Shown one piece after another: positions 26,581-33,822 of a stretch of DNA of 57,383 nucleotides. The first letter of the stretch is position 1. Every line of letters starts with the position of its first letter. This DNA is from a virus (Duplodnaviria; Caudoviricetes), in IMG/VR virus record IMGVR_UViG_3300028615_000012, positions 1 through 57,383 of that record; one strand, 5' to 3'. The position numbers were made by a program, and so were the translations under genes. Below the pieces are notes generated by a model, which worked only from the letters and a program-made list of their open reading frames with translations, was not told where the DNA came from and searched no databases.

Positions 26581-26633
26581 GGGCCTATAATGTACTGACA
26601 AATGTATTGCAGAGCAACCGGAAATTTTCCGGT
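26564..26633. promoter_or_regulatory. Divergent overlapping promoters plus palindrome copy 2
   Basis: Plus strand: TTGTTT-N16-TATAAT (26564-26591). Minus strand: TTGCTC-N17-TACATT (26617-26589). Direct repeat AATGTAYTG; 17-bp palindrome at 26617-26633. Confidence 0.7.
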
Positions 26634-26652
26634 TTTTAACCGAGGAGGAAAA

Positions 26653-26853
26653 ATGAACCACAAAATGCCGTGCCATATTACGGACGGCCCCACAGATCCC
26701 GAGGACGCCGAGGACCGCTGGCGCGATCTCGAGCGGATCTCCGACTACGACTACGACAAGGCCGCCAATGCGGTCTGCACAATCTGCGGCGTCGAATGGG
26801 TCGACGTCCTGCATGGCGAGGACACCTGTGCTGGTTGTCTGAGCCGGGCCTAA
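26653..26853 (+). CDS. Small Zn-finger protein (66 aa)
   Basis: CTICG...CAGC; GAGGAGG RBS. Confidence 0.75.
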   Translation: MNHKMPCHITDGPTDPEDAEDRWRDLERISDYDYDKAANAVCTICGVEWVDVLHGEDTCAGCLSRA

Positions 26854-26868
26854 CCCGAGGAGGAAACT

Positions 26869-27633
26869 ATGACTGACTATGATCTCAACACCGTAATACC
26901 CGCAGTTCTGCAACGGCTCGACAACATCGACGGCATGCTGGTCGATCACCAGCGCATGTTCGACAAGATCCAGATTATTGAGTCGGCCAAGCCTGATTGC
27001 ACTGAGCTCTACAGTGCGCTGGCCGCGGCCCAGGGAGAGATCCAGAACGCCGAGGCCAATACCGAAAACGAATTCATCGGCAAGAAGTATGCGAACCTAG
27101 CCGCCGTGCTCGATGCTATTCGCGAGCCGTTCTCAAAAAACGGCTTGTGCCTCATTCAGCTGCCGCAGCCTACCGATACACCGGCAACGCTTGGCCTGCG
27201 CACGATCCTCGCGCACGAGTCCGGCCAGTCGATCGAGGACTATTACGAGATGTCGCCGCCGAAGCTGGACCCGCAAGGTATCGGCAGCTGCATGACCTAC
27301 ATGCGTCGCTACGCAGCGATGGCGATGGCTGGCATTGCCGGCGCGCTGGACGACGACGCCGAGCGCACTAAGGCAGAAGCGCCCAAGATCACGCCGGCCG
27401 AGGCCGACGCGATTCTCAATCTCGCCGACGAGCTCTTTGGCTCCGACGCAGACAACCTGCTCGATCGTATGTGCGCCAAGATCTTCGACTGCGATTCTGT
27501 GCCGCAGATCCCAGAGGGTCAGGCCGAAGTCGCTATGCGCCGCCTGAAAAACCAGCGCGCGCGCATGGACAAGGAAGCCGCCAAGCCGGAAACCAAAGCG
27601 CCGAGCGCGAAACCCAAAGGTGACAAGTCGTGA
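26869..27633 (+). CDS. erf: ERF-family ssDNA-annealing recombinase
   Basis: LAAAQGE...KYANLAAVLDAIR...LAHESGQ...PQGIGSCMTYMRRY...DDDA. Confidence 0.92.
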   Translation: MTDYDLNTVIPAVLQRLDNIDGMLVDHQRMFDKIQIIESAKPDCTELYSALAAAQGEIQNAEANTENEFIGKKYANLAAVLDAIREPFSKNGLCLIQLPQPTDTPATLGLRTILAHESGQSIEDYYEMSPPKLDPQGIGSCMTYMRRYAAMAMAGIAGALDDDAERTKAEAPKITPAEADAILNLADELFGSDADNLLDRMCAKIFDCDSVPQIPEGQAEVAMRRLKNQRARMDKEAAKPETKAPSAKPKGDKS

Positions 27634-27884
27634 CCCGGCGCATCGCCGACAAAATGATCACGTTTGTCGTTGCGGAGCGGGACATTGACAGCCCGTTCCG
27701 CGCGACCGGCGCGATCATTTTCGAGCAGATGACCAACGAATCGCCGCTCACAGTATTGGACCGGGCTCGGAAACTGGGCAACCGCTACGGCCGGCTATGG
27801 ATCGCGCAGATTCCCGAGGAGATGCTCGTGCCAATCGACGAGTTTCAGGAGCGAATCGAGAAAATGGGCGACGAGGCAGAGTGA
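27630..27884 (+). CDS. Hypothetical protein (84 aa)
   Basis: Coupled between erf and the exonuclease gene. Confidence 0.7.
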   Translation: MTRRIADKMITFVVAERDIDSPFRATGAIIFEQMTNESPLTVLDRARKLGNRYGRLWIAQIPEEMLVPIDEFQERIEKMGDEAE

Positions 27885-28531
27885 TGGACTGCCGCATCGT
27901 TACTGTTGAACAGGGCAGCGATGAATGGCTCGATCTGCGCAGGAACCGCATAACCTGTTCGCGTCTGGCCGACGTGATGGCCAAGCCCGAAACCAAGCGA
28001 TACCAGAAGTATCAGCGCGAAAAGATCAAAGAACTGCTCGGCTACCGACACGTTGAGGAGTCGCCGGAGTGGGCGCGCCATGGCAGAGAGCACGAGCCTC
28101 GAGCCCTGGGCGCCTACGAATGGCGCTATGAGATCGACGTGGAGCATGATGTCTTTTTGATCTCGGACCGCTACGACTGGCTTGGCGGATCACCTGATCT
28201 ACTCCACCTGCCGAACTATGACGAGGGTGGAGAGATCAAGTGCCGGGCCCTCTACAAGAATTACCGGAAGTTTCGGAATCTCGCAGAGGAGCACAAGGGC
28301 ACGACGCGAGCATGTCCTGCAGCCGACCGTCATCAGGTACAGGGCCACATGATGCTGACAGGATTCAGCCGGTGGGCCTATATCAATTACTACATCGGCT
28401 CAGATCTCGAGGGCGGTATCACGCAAAAACTGCACCGCGTCTGGATCCCGCGCGACGACACGCTTATTGCCCAAATGGAGGAGCGCGCCGTGCAGTTCAT
28501 GGCCGAATGCTACGAGGAGGCGGGGCTGTGA
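27884..28531 (+). CDS. YqaJ/lambda-exonuclease family protein
   Basis: EQGSDEWLDLRRNRITCS, HGREHEP, GGSPD, EIKC, QVQGHM. Confidence 0.92.
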   Translation: MDCRIVTVEQGSDEWLDLRRNRITCSRLADVMAKPETKRYQKYQREKIKELLGYRHVEESPEWARHGREHEPRALGAYEWRYEIDVEHDVFLISDRYDWLGGSPDLLHLPNYDEGGEIKCRALYKNYRKFRNLAEEHKGTTRACPAADRHQVQGHMMLTGFSRWAYINYYIGSDLEGGITQKLHRVWIPRDDTLIAQMEERAVQFMAECYEEAGL

Positions 28532-28953
28532 ATAAAGAACTGATCTCGCGGTTGCGGGAAGCAGTAGAAATCACTGACAAGGAATTTATCGCAGCGGTGG
28601 CCGACGCACTGGAAGCGGCACAGCAGCGGGAAGCGCGGCTGAACAGAGATAATGCCAACCTGTTCGATGAACTGAAAAAAGCGCAAGAGCGCATCGCAGA
28701 ACTGGAACATAGCCTGAAGTTGGCTAACGAATCATGCGGCGAGTGGGCTGACGAAAACGAAAAGTTAGAAGCCAAAAACGAACGGCTGCGAGCTGCGCTG
28801 GACAGGGCTTGCGAGGCAATCGAAACGCAGCCGCAGGTAGGGCGAAGCATTGATTATGCAAACGGATTTCGACGAGGCGTTCAGTGCCAACGCATACGCG
28901 CGAAGTTTGCGCGAGATGAAGCACTCGCCGCTGCGGAGGTGGGCGATGAGTAA
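28528..28953 (+). CDS. Coiled-coil hypothetical protein (Ead/Ea22-like)
   Basis: GTG start with GAGGAGG RBS; ADALEAAQ..RIAELE heptads. Confidence 0.7.
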   Translation: MNKELISRLREAVEITDKEFIAAVADALEAAQQREARLNRDNANLFDELKKAQERIAELEHSLKLANESCGEWADENEKLEAKNERLRAALDRACEAIETQPQVGRSIDYANGFRRGVQCQRIRAKFARDEALAAAEVGDE

Positions 28954-29395
28954 AAGTACATTCGATTTCGGTTCCGGGCCAGTGCCCGCTCATCAGCACC
29001 CCAATGGTGGCGGATGGGTTGCTGATACAGCGAGCGTTGCTGACACGGCTTATGTTGGCCCAAATGCGCGGGTCTACGACGATGCGCTGGTCTCCGGCAA
29101 TGCGCGGGTCTACGACGATGCGTGGGTCTGCGACGATGCGCGGGTCTACGGCAATGCGCGGGTCTGCGAGGATGCGTGGGTCTACGAGGATGCGGAGGTC
29201 TACGGCAATGCGCGGGTCTACGGCAATGCGTGGGTCTGCGAGGATGCGGAGGTGTACGGCGATGCGCTGGTCTACGACGATGCGCTGGTCTCCGGCGATG
29301 CGCGGGTCTACGGCGATGCGCGGGTCTTCGGCAATGCGCGGGTCTGCGGCAAAGCGGAGCTCTCCGGTAATGCGCGGGTCTACGATGCCGACTAG
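28946..29395 (+). CDS. Left-handed beta-helix hexapeptide-repeat protein (149 aa)
   Basis: HQHPNGGGWVA..A.VA..AYVGP followed by 18 [ND]A[RWEL]V[YCSF][GDE]-type repeats. Confidence 0.9.
   Translation: MSKSTFDFGSGPVPAHQHPNGGGWVADTASVADTAYVGPNARVYDDALVSGNARVYDDAWVCDDARVYGNARVCEDAWVYEDAEVYGNARVYGNAWVCEDAEVYGDALVYDDALVSGDARVYGDARVFGNARVCGKAELSGNARVYDAD
29063..29386 (+). repeat. 18-bp coding tandem repeat, 18 units
   Basis: Consensus (A/G)ATGCGCGGGTCTACGGC encoding the hexapeptides. Confidence 0.9.
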
Positions 29396-29633
29396 CTACC
29401 AAACATTGAAAGACATAACCCTGTATTTTTTCGGCATTGTCTCCGGCCTCGCGCTATCCTTGATCGCCGATCGGCTCAAAGAGCTCACCGATCCGGACAT
29501 CGACGCGCTCTGGCGAGAGCACGACGCAATCCGCGTCTGCATTGAGCGATCCGATTGTCGCCTGTCGATGGATGACTGGATCAGATACTACGACCTGAAA
29601 TGGTCATTAACAGAGGAGAAGGACATTGAGTGA
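29385..29633 (+). CDS. Membrane-anchored hypothetical protein (82 aa)
   Basis: ITLYFFGIVSGLALSLIA transmembrane segment. Confidence 0.65.
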   Translation: MPTSYQTLKDITLYFFGIVSGLALSLIADRLKELTDPDIDALWREHDAIRVCIERSDCRLSMDDWIRYYDLKWSLTEEKDIE

Positions 29634-29910
29634 AGATCAAGCGCCCTACGACGCGCAGCCCAAACCAGAAGCACCCACGCCACCGCCACCGCTGGCGCCG
29701 TGCCCGTGCGGCACCGTTCCGGAAAACCTGCTGATCGAGATGCCCGACCGGGCCAAGTACGGCCGAGCGATGGGCGATTGCTGCGGAGATTGGTCTATCG
29801 AATTCAAAAACGGGTACACTCAGGACCCCGAAAAGACTACAGCGCGAGCTCGAGAGGCGTGGAACGACGCGCCGCGCGCTGAACCGATCCCGGCGTCATC
29901 CGACGCATAG
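29626..29910 (+). CDS. Lar-like (restriction alleviation) Zn protein
   Basis: LAPCPCG...CCG...AREAWN pattern; TTG start with AGGA RBS. Confidence 0.55.
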   Translation: MSEDQAPYDAQPKPEAPTPPPPLAPCPCGTVPENLLIEMPDRAKYGRAMGDCCGDWSIEFKNGYTQDPEKTTARAREAWNDAPRAEPIPASSDA

Positions 29911-30002
29911 TACCTCCTCGGGTACAAGGGAAGCCGGACTACTCCCGTGCCGGTCTGCAACAAAGTAGGGAGAGGGCCGCCTGTCAGAGGGCGGCCTTTT
30001 TT
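29910..30002 (+). ncRNA. Candidate anti-RBS small RNA ending in an intrinsic terminator
   Basis: TACCTCCTCGGGT (29911-29923) is the exact complement of ACCCGAGGAGGTA and lies in a GTACC/GGTAC hairpin. Confidence 0.5.
29975..30002 (+). terminator. Rho-independent terminator of the rightward middle operon
   Basis: GGCCGCC/GGCGGCC stem plus T6. Confidence 0.85.
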
Positions 30003-30213
30003 ATTCGTCCGAACGATAGTGGACGGAGTGCCGGCCCTCGAGGCGGGCGACGGCACGGGAGATCCCGCGCACTGGCTTGACTTCCTCCTCCAAGTGCTCG
30101 ACTTTCGTCTCGACCTTGGTAATACGCTTTTCTGTGTGCCGCAAGCCAGCGACGATCGCCAGTATGATGATGACGGTCTGGCCGATGATTGCGACCCAGA
30201 GTTCAGAGCTCAT
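30001..30213 (-). CDS. Small membrane protein with a coiled coil (holin/XhlA-like)
   Basis: N-terminal TM, then RITKVETKV..LE. Confidence 0.65.
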   Translation of the reverse strand: MSSELWVAIIGQTVIIILAIVAGLRHTEKRITKVETKVEHLEEEVKPVRGISRAVARLEGRHSVHYRSDE

Positions 30214-30214
30214 A

Positions 30215-30475
30215 TCAGTTTCCCATCAGGATCTCGAACGCCTGCTCGACCCTTCGCTCGGCGTCGTCGATCTCCTCTTTGTTGCGTTCTGCCAGCGCCT
30301 TGTTCGCTGCGATGTTGGTATCCATGCTGACGATCTTGGCGTCGGTGCCGAGATCCTGTGAGGCCAGCGCGTCGTCGACGGCAACGTCGATCCGCCATTC
30401 GGCATAGGCGCCAAGCACCAGCACGCCGAACGCCATGATGGCCAGGATGCCGCCGTTTTCCTTGATCCAGTTCAT
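30215..30475 (-). CDS. Membrane-anchored coiled-coil protein (86 aa)
   Basis: GGILAIMAFGVLVLGAYA TM segment. Confidence 0.7.
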   Translation of the reverse strand: MNWIKENGGILAIMAFGVLVLGAYAEWRIDVAVDDALASQDLGTDAKIVSMDTNIAANKALAERNKEEIDDAERRVEQAFEILMGN

Positions 30476-31233
30476 TCGCCCTCCTCCCCATCATCCTCGG
30501 CGAACAGCGCCTTGATCCGCGCCCGCTTCTCGTCGGTGACAAAATCCTCGTGAACGATGACTGGCTCCGGCCGGCGCTCCGCTCGCTCGAGAAGCCGTTG
30601 CTGCCGCTCAACCTGCTCCTGCAGCTGCGCCTGCTCCATGCGTAGCATTGCGAGCTCCTCGTCATTCTGTCTCTCGATCTGCGCGACCATTGCCGGCAGC
30701 GCGTTCGCCGCAGCCGCCGGCGGCGTGAAATCATGCGCGAGCTCGCACTCCTCCTCGCTGGCGAATTCCTTGAGGATCTCTTTGACGTTGCACAGCGCCA
30801 TCGCAGCCAGATGATACTTGCCGGCGCTCAGGTAGAACTCTGCCATGCACACGTTGTTGAGAATCAGGCCTTGTCGGCCGAACACCGGCGTCGACCATTG
30901 CGTTGAGCCCAGACAGTCTGCGATGTCGACGTCACCGAGGACGTTACCCAGGGCCAGTGACTTCGACTCGTTGTGCATCGTGTTGCTACTTGGCGCATTG
31001 ACATCGACCGGCACCGTCACGTCGCCGCCGCTGAACGTGCCGCCGTCGACGTTGATCGTGTCACCACCGACGTCGATCGTGTCGCCGCCGACGTTGATCG
31101 TGTCGCCGTCGTTGCAGGAATTGCCGCGGCAGTCGCCGCTGGCCTGCGCAACCTGAATGCCCCAGATGAACCATGCGATCGCCAGCGCCAGCGCCAGCAA
31201 CCCCCACAGCCGAGCCTTTGTTACCGTTCTCAT
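30472..31233 (-). CDS. Exported Cys-containing protein with GDTI(N/D)V repeats (253 aa)
   Basis: Signal/TM sequence, three 21-bp repeats near 31047-31110, coiled-coil tail. Confidence 0.75.
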   Translation of the reverse strand: MRTVTKARLWGLLALALAIAWFIWGIQVAQASGDCRGNSCNDGDTINVGGDTIDVGGDTINVDGGTFSGGDVTVPVDVNAPSSNTMHNESKSLALGNVLGDVDIADCLGSTQWSTPVFGRQGLILNNVCMAEFYLSAGKYHLAAMALCNVKEILKEFASEEECELAHDFTPPAAAANALPAMVAQIERQNDEELAMLRMEQAQLQEQVERQQRLLERAERRPEPVIVHEDFVTDEKRARIKALFAEDDGEEGE

Positions 31234-31661
31234 AACGCCACCAATATCCCGAGGGCGATCAGCCCCCTGTGAAACCAGTTATCGACAAAATGGTCCCGCC
31301 GCTCGCGGGCCAGCTGCTCCTCGCGCACCTGCCCGAACTGATGCGCCGCCTTGGCGCAGCCCACGAGCTCGTTGTAGGCCTCGCTCTGGGCCTCGAGCGC
31401 CGCGGCGTTGGCAGCCGCAACCTCGTAATTGCCCCCTGCTGTGACTGCGTAGGCCGTCAGCTGACGAAAGCCCTCGAGGCTGAACGTCACGGTGTCCTCG
31501 CTGGTTGACGCGGGAGACGGCATCTCAGGCAGCCTCAGAGGCTCCTGAATTTCCACCGAGGCCTCGTCGACCTCGCAGGTAGGGAGCTCAACCGGACTGC
31601 TGACGCACCCGCTCAGACTGCCAAGCAGAGAGCAGATCATCCATATCGGGATTCGATTCAC
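31230..31661 (-). CDS. Lipoprotein spanin (Rz1/o-spanin-like) with a hydrophobic C-terminus
   Basis: Lipobox LSGC; overlaps the 3' end of the i-spanin gene. Confidence 0.65.
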   Translation of the reverse strand: MNRIPIWMICSLLGSLSGCVSSPVELPTCEVDEASVEIQEPLRLPEMPSPASTSEDTVTFSLEGFRQLTAYAVTAGGNYEVAAANAAALEAQSEAYNELVGCAKAAHQFGQVREEQLARERRDHFVDNWFHRGLIALGILVAL

Positions 31662-31893
31662 TCAGGCCCTCCAACCGTTTCTCGGTTTCCGCCGCGGCGT
31701 CCTTCGCCGCCGCCTTTTGTTTCTCGGCCTTGCGCGCCAGCTGCTCGGCCTTTTTCTTGTGCTCGTTGGCGCCGGTTGCGAGGAGCTCGTCGCGCTGCCG
31801 CTCGGTGCGCCGCAGCTGGCGGGCGTCACGGCCCAGGATCGCCAGCGCGGCAGCCAGTAGCAGGCCGCCGAGCCAGAGGATCCAGCTTTTCAC
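31588..31893 (-). CDS. Inner-membrane spanin (Rz-like)
   Basis: N-terminal TM then coiled coil; follows the holin gene. Confidence 0.65.
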   Translation of the reverse strand: MKSWILWLGGLLLAAALAILGRDARQLRRTERQRDELLATGANEHKKKAEQLARKAEKQKAAAKDAAAETEKRLEGLSESNPDMDDLLSAWQSERVRQQSG

Positions 31894-32099
31894 GCCAGTC
31901 GCTCTTTGCTGGCGTATCCGATCGCGAGCGCGACCAGCGTCGCCAGACCACCCTCGAACCCCGGCGGCACCCGGCCGTACACTTCCGGCGCAAAGATAGC
32001 CAGCGCGCCCATTGCGATGCTCGCGATGGCGCCGCCGAGCGCAGCCTTTTCCAGCTTGCGCGTCGGTTTACGATTGTTCTGGTTGATCAGTTCAGCCAT
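31890..32099 (-). CDS. Holin (2 TM, 69 aa)
   Basis: KPTRK..AALGGAIA and a second TM ending GY..KER; in the lysis cluster. Confidence 0.7.
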   Translation of the reverse strand: MAELINQNNRKPTRKLEKAALGGAIASIAMGALAIFAPEVYGRVPPGFEGGLATLVALAIGYASKERLA

Positions 32100-32113
32100 G
32101 CCTGCCTCCATGC

Positions 32114-32163
32114 AAAAAAAGGGTCTGGCCGGAGAAACAGCAAAAATCCGGCCAGCAAGCCCC
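32114..32163 (-). terminator. Rho-independent terminator upstream of the holin gene
   Basis: CTGGCCGGA/TCCGGCCAG stem followed by T7 on the minus strand. Confidence 0.65.
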
Positions 32164-32189
32164 TGCCGCTGTTCTCCTTCGGGGCGCCC

Positions 32190-32558
32190 CTATGAGAATC
32201 GGTTGACGACCTCGTTGTTCTGCGACTCGATGCGAATGCTGGCGCCGGCCGCCTCGAGCACGATCGTCTGCTCGACCGTCTCGATCGAGCCGGCAGCTAC
32301 CGCGTCAGCCTCGTATTCACCGTCGTTGCTGCCGGAGCCGACAACCTCGATGATCTCTGCGTCCTCGAATCCAGCCAGACCGCTACCCGAATCGCCGATC
32401 AAGTCCGGCGCGGTAAAGTCGATGGTTGTCGCAGGACCGACCAGCTTGTGCCGGCGATCTTCACGATTGGGCTCGCTGTTGAGCCCGTAAGTGTAGCGGT
32501 TCACGCGCCGATTGCGATTGCCGCTCGAATTGTCAAATCCCGGTTTCCGTACCGCCAT
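32190..32558 (-). CDS. Hypothetical, probably structural protein (122 aa)
   Basis: AGGAG RBS; GFEDAEIIEVVGSGSNDGEY beta motif. Confidence 0.7.
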   Translation of the reverse strand: MAVRKPGFDNSSGNRNRRVNRYTYGLNSEPNREDRRHKLVGPATTIDFTAPDLIGDSGSGLAGFEDAEIIEVVGSGSNDGEYEADAVAAGSIETVEQTIVLEAAGASIRIESQNNEVVNRFS

Positions 32559-32570
32559 GATTCACTCCTG

Positions 32571-33026
32571 TCAGTTCGCACTCATGTTGCCCGGAGCCCC
32601 AGGGATCCGGACGTCAATGGTTTTGCAGGACTCATTCGACTGCGCCGACTCCTGCCCGTTCTTTGCAAGGTGCGTCGCCACGTAGCAATGCACCCCGTTT
32701 GGCTGATTGGCGTCCACGTAGGACGTCACCGTAGGGGCCACCCGATCGAGCTCGGTGTAGGCCCGCGGATCGGCCATGCCGGCGCCGTCGAGCGGGAACG
32801 ATTGCTTGTAGATGATCGTCGCCTCGAGCTCGTCGACCGTCAGCGCCGCGCCATCATCCCACTGTGTCGCGTTTGTCCACGACAGATTGACGTCGTCGGC
32901 CAGCACGATCGGAGCCGCGAAGCCCAACGCAATGAGCAGGCCGTAGACCCACGCCTTGAACTTGCGCCATTGCCGGCCGGTCCATGCCTTGAATCGAGCC
33001 CACCTCTCCGAGATCCAGTCCCTCAT
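32571..33026 (-). CDS. Exported fibronectin-type-III-like protein
   Basis: Signal/TM then VNLSW..., YVD..., CYVATH...ESAQSNE...PGAP. Confidence 0.65.
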   Translation of the reverse strand: MRDWISERWARFKAWTGRQWRKFKAWVYGLLIALGFAAPIVLADDVNLSWTNATQWDDGAALTVDELEATIIYKQSFPLDGAGMADPRAYTELDRVAPTVTSYVDANQPNGVHCYVATHLAKNGQESAQSNESCKTIDVRIPGAPGNMSAN

Positions 33027-33475
33027 AACAGCCTCCGCACAGCAAGTAATCGGTCCCGAGGATACCGGGAAACCTTGACCGTGTCGCTCTGGTTGCCGCC
33101 CAGAACCTCGATCAGGCTGCCGAATACCCCGGCGTAAAAGCCCACATGTCCCGGCGCGTCAATGACCTCCGGGCCGTCGTCGGTGCCACGCTTGAGCACG
33201 ATGATGTCTCCCGGCTCCGCGCAGTCGAGCTCGATGCCGCGGCCGACCTCGAGCCAGCTGCGCGCCCGCAGATCCTTGGACCGCGGCGCCCGTGACAGCC
33301 ACGCGATGTAATTGACAAACGCCGAGCACCACGGGACCTCGTCATTCTGCGGCCAGCTGTTGTCGAGTTTCAGCATCGACATGATCTGCGGATTGTCCAC
33401 GGCGCCGCCGACCTCTTTGATTGCGAGGAATCGCTCGGCCAGATCGAACATGTGCCCGCGTGTGAATTTAGTCAT
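33023..33475 (-). CDS. Endolysin, TIGR02594/NlpC-P60-type peptidase
   Basis: DEVPWCSAFV (Cys), ARSW, PGDIIVL.RG, GHVGF (His), VLGGNQ. Confidence 0.88.
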   Translation of the reverse strand: MTKFTRGHMFDLAERFLAIKEVGGAVDNPQIMSMLKLDNSWPQNDEVPWCSAFVNYIAWLSRAPRSKDLRARSWLEVGRGIELDCAEPGDIIVLKRGTDDGPEVIDAPGHVGFYAGVFGSLIEVLGGNQSDTVKVSRYPRDRLLAVRRLL

Positions 33476-33822
33476 AGCTCTACCACCCCTTGTTCGCGCC
33501 ATCGGATCTCGTCCTCGTTGAGCGGATCGTCCTCCCGCTGATTGGCTTCGACCTCAAACGGATTTTTCTTGTAGCCGTAGCGGATCTGATACCAGATGTA
33601 CGTCGAGTAAAACTTGAGCCGGCCGAGGCTGGCAACCTGATAGCAATGCTGTAGCTCGTGCCGATACAGCCGATCGGTCGCCGACTGATACCACGCCTTG
33701 TAGACGTCGTCGGTCCGGTCGTAGTCGACGTGCTTGACTTCCCGCAGCCACATCCAGGGCCACAGCACCATGCCGCGCGCCCAGAACATCCACCATGCGT
33801 TATTGACGATTTTGAAGTTCAT
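33472..33822 (-). CDS. Small HExxH zinc-metallopeptidase-like protein (DUF4157-like)
   Basis: RHELQHCYQ...YGY..NPFEVEA. Confidence 0.7.
   Translation of the reverse strand: MNFKIVNNAWWMFWARGMVLWPWMWLREVKHVDYDRTDDVYKAWYQSATDRLYRHELQHCYQVASLGRLKFYSTYIWYQIRYGYKKNPFEVEANQREDDPLNEDEIRWREQGVVEL

Noticed and set aside
29063-29386. CRISPR array or non-coding VNTR
   Set aside because: Contiguous 18-bp units with no spacers, in frame with a beta-helix protein; no cas genes
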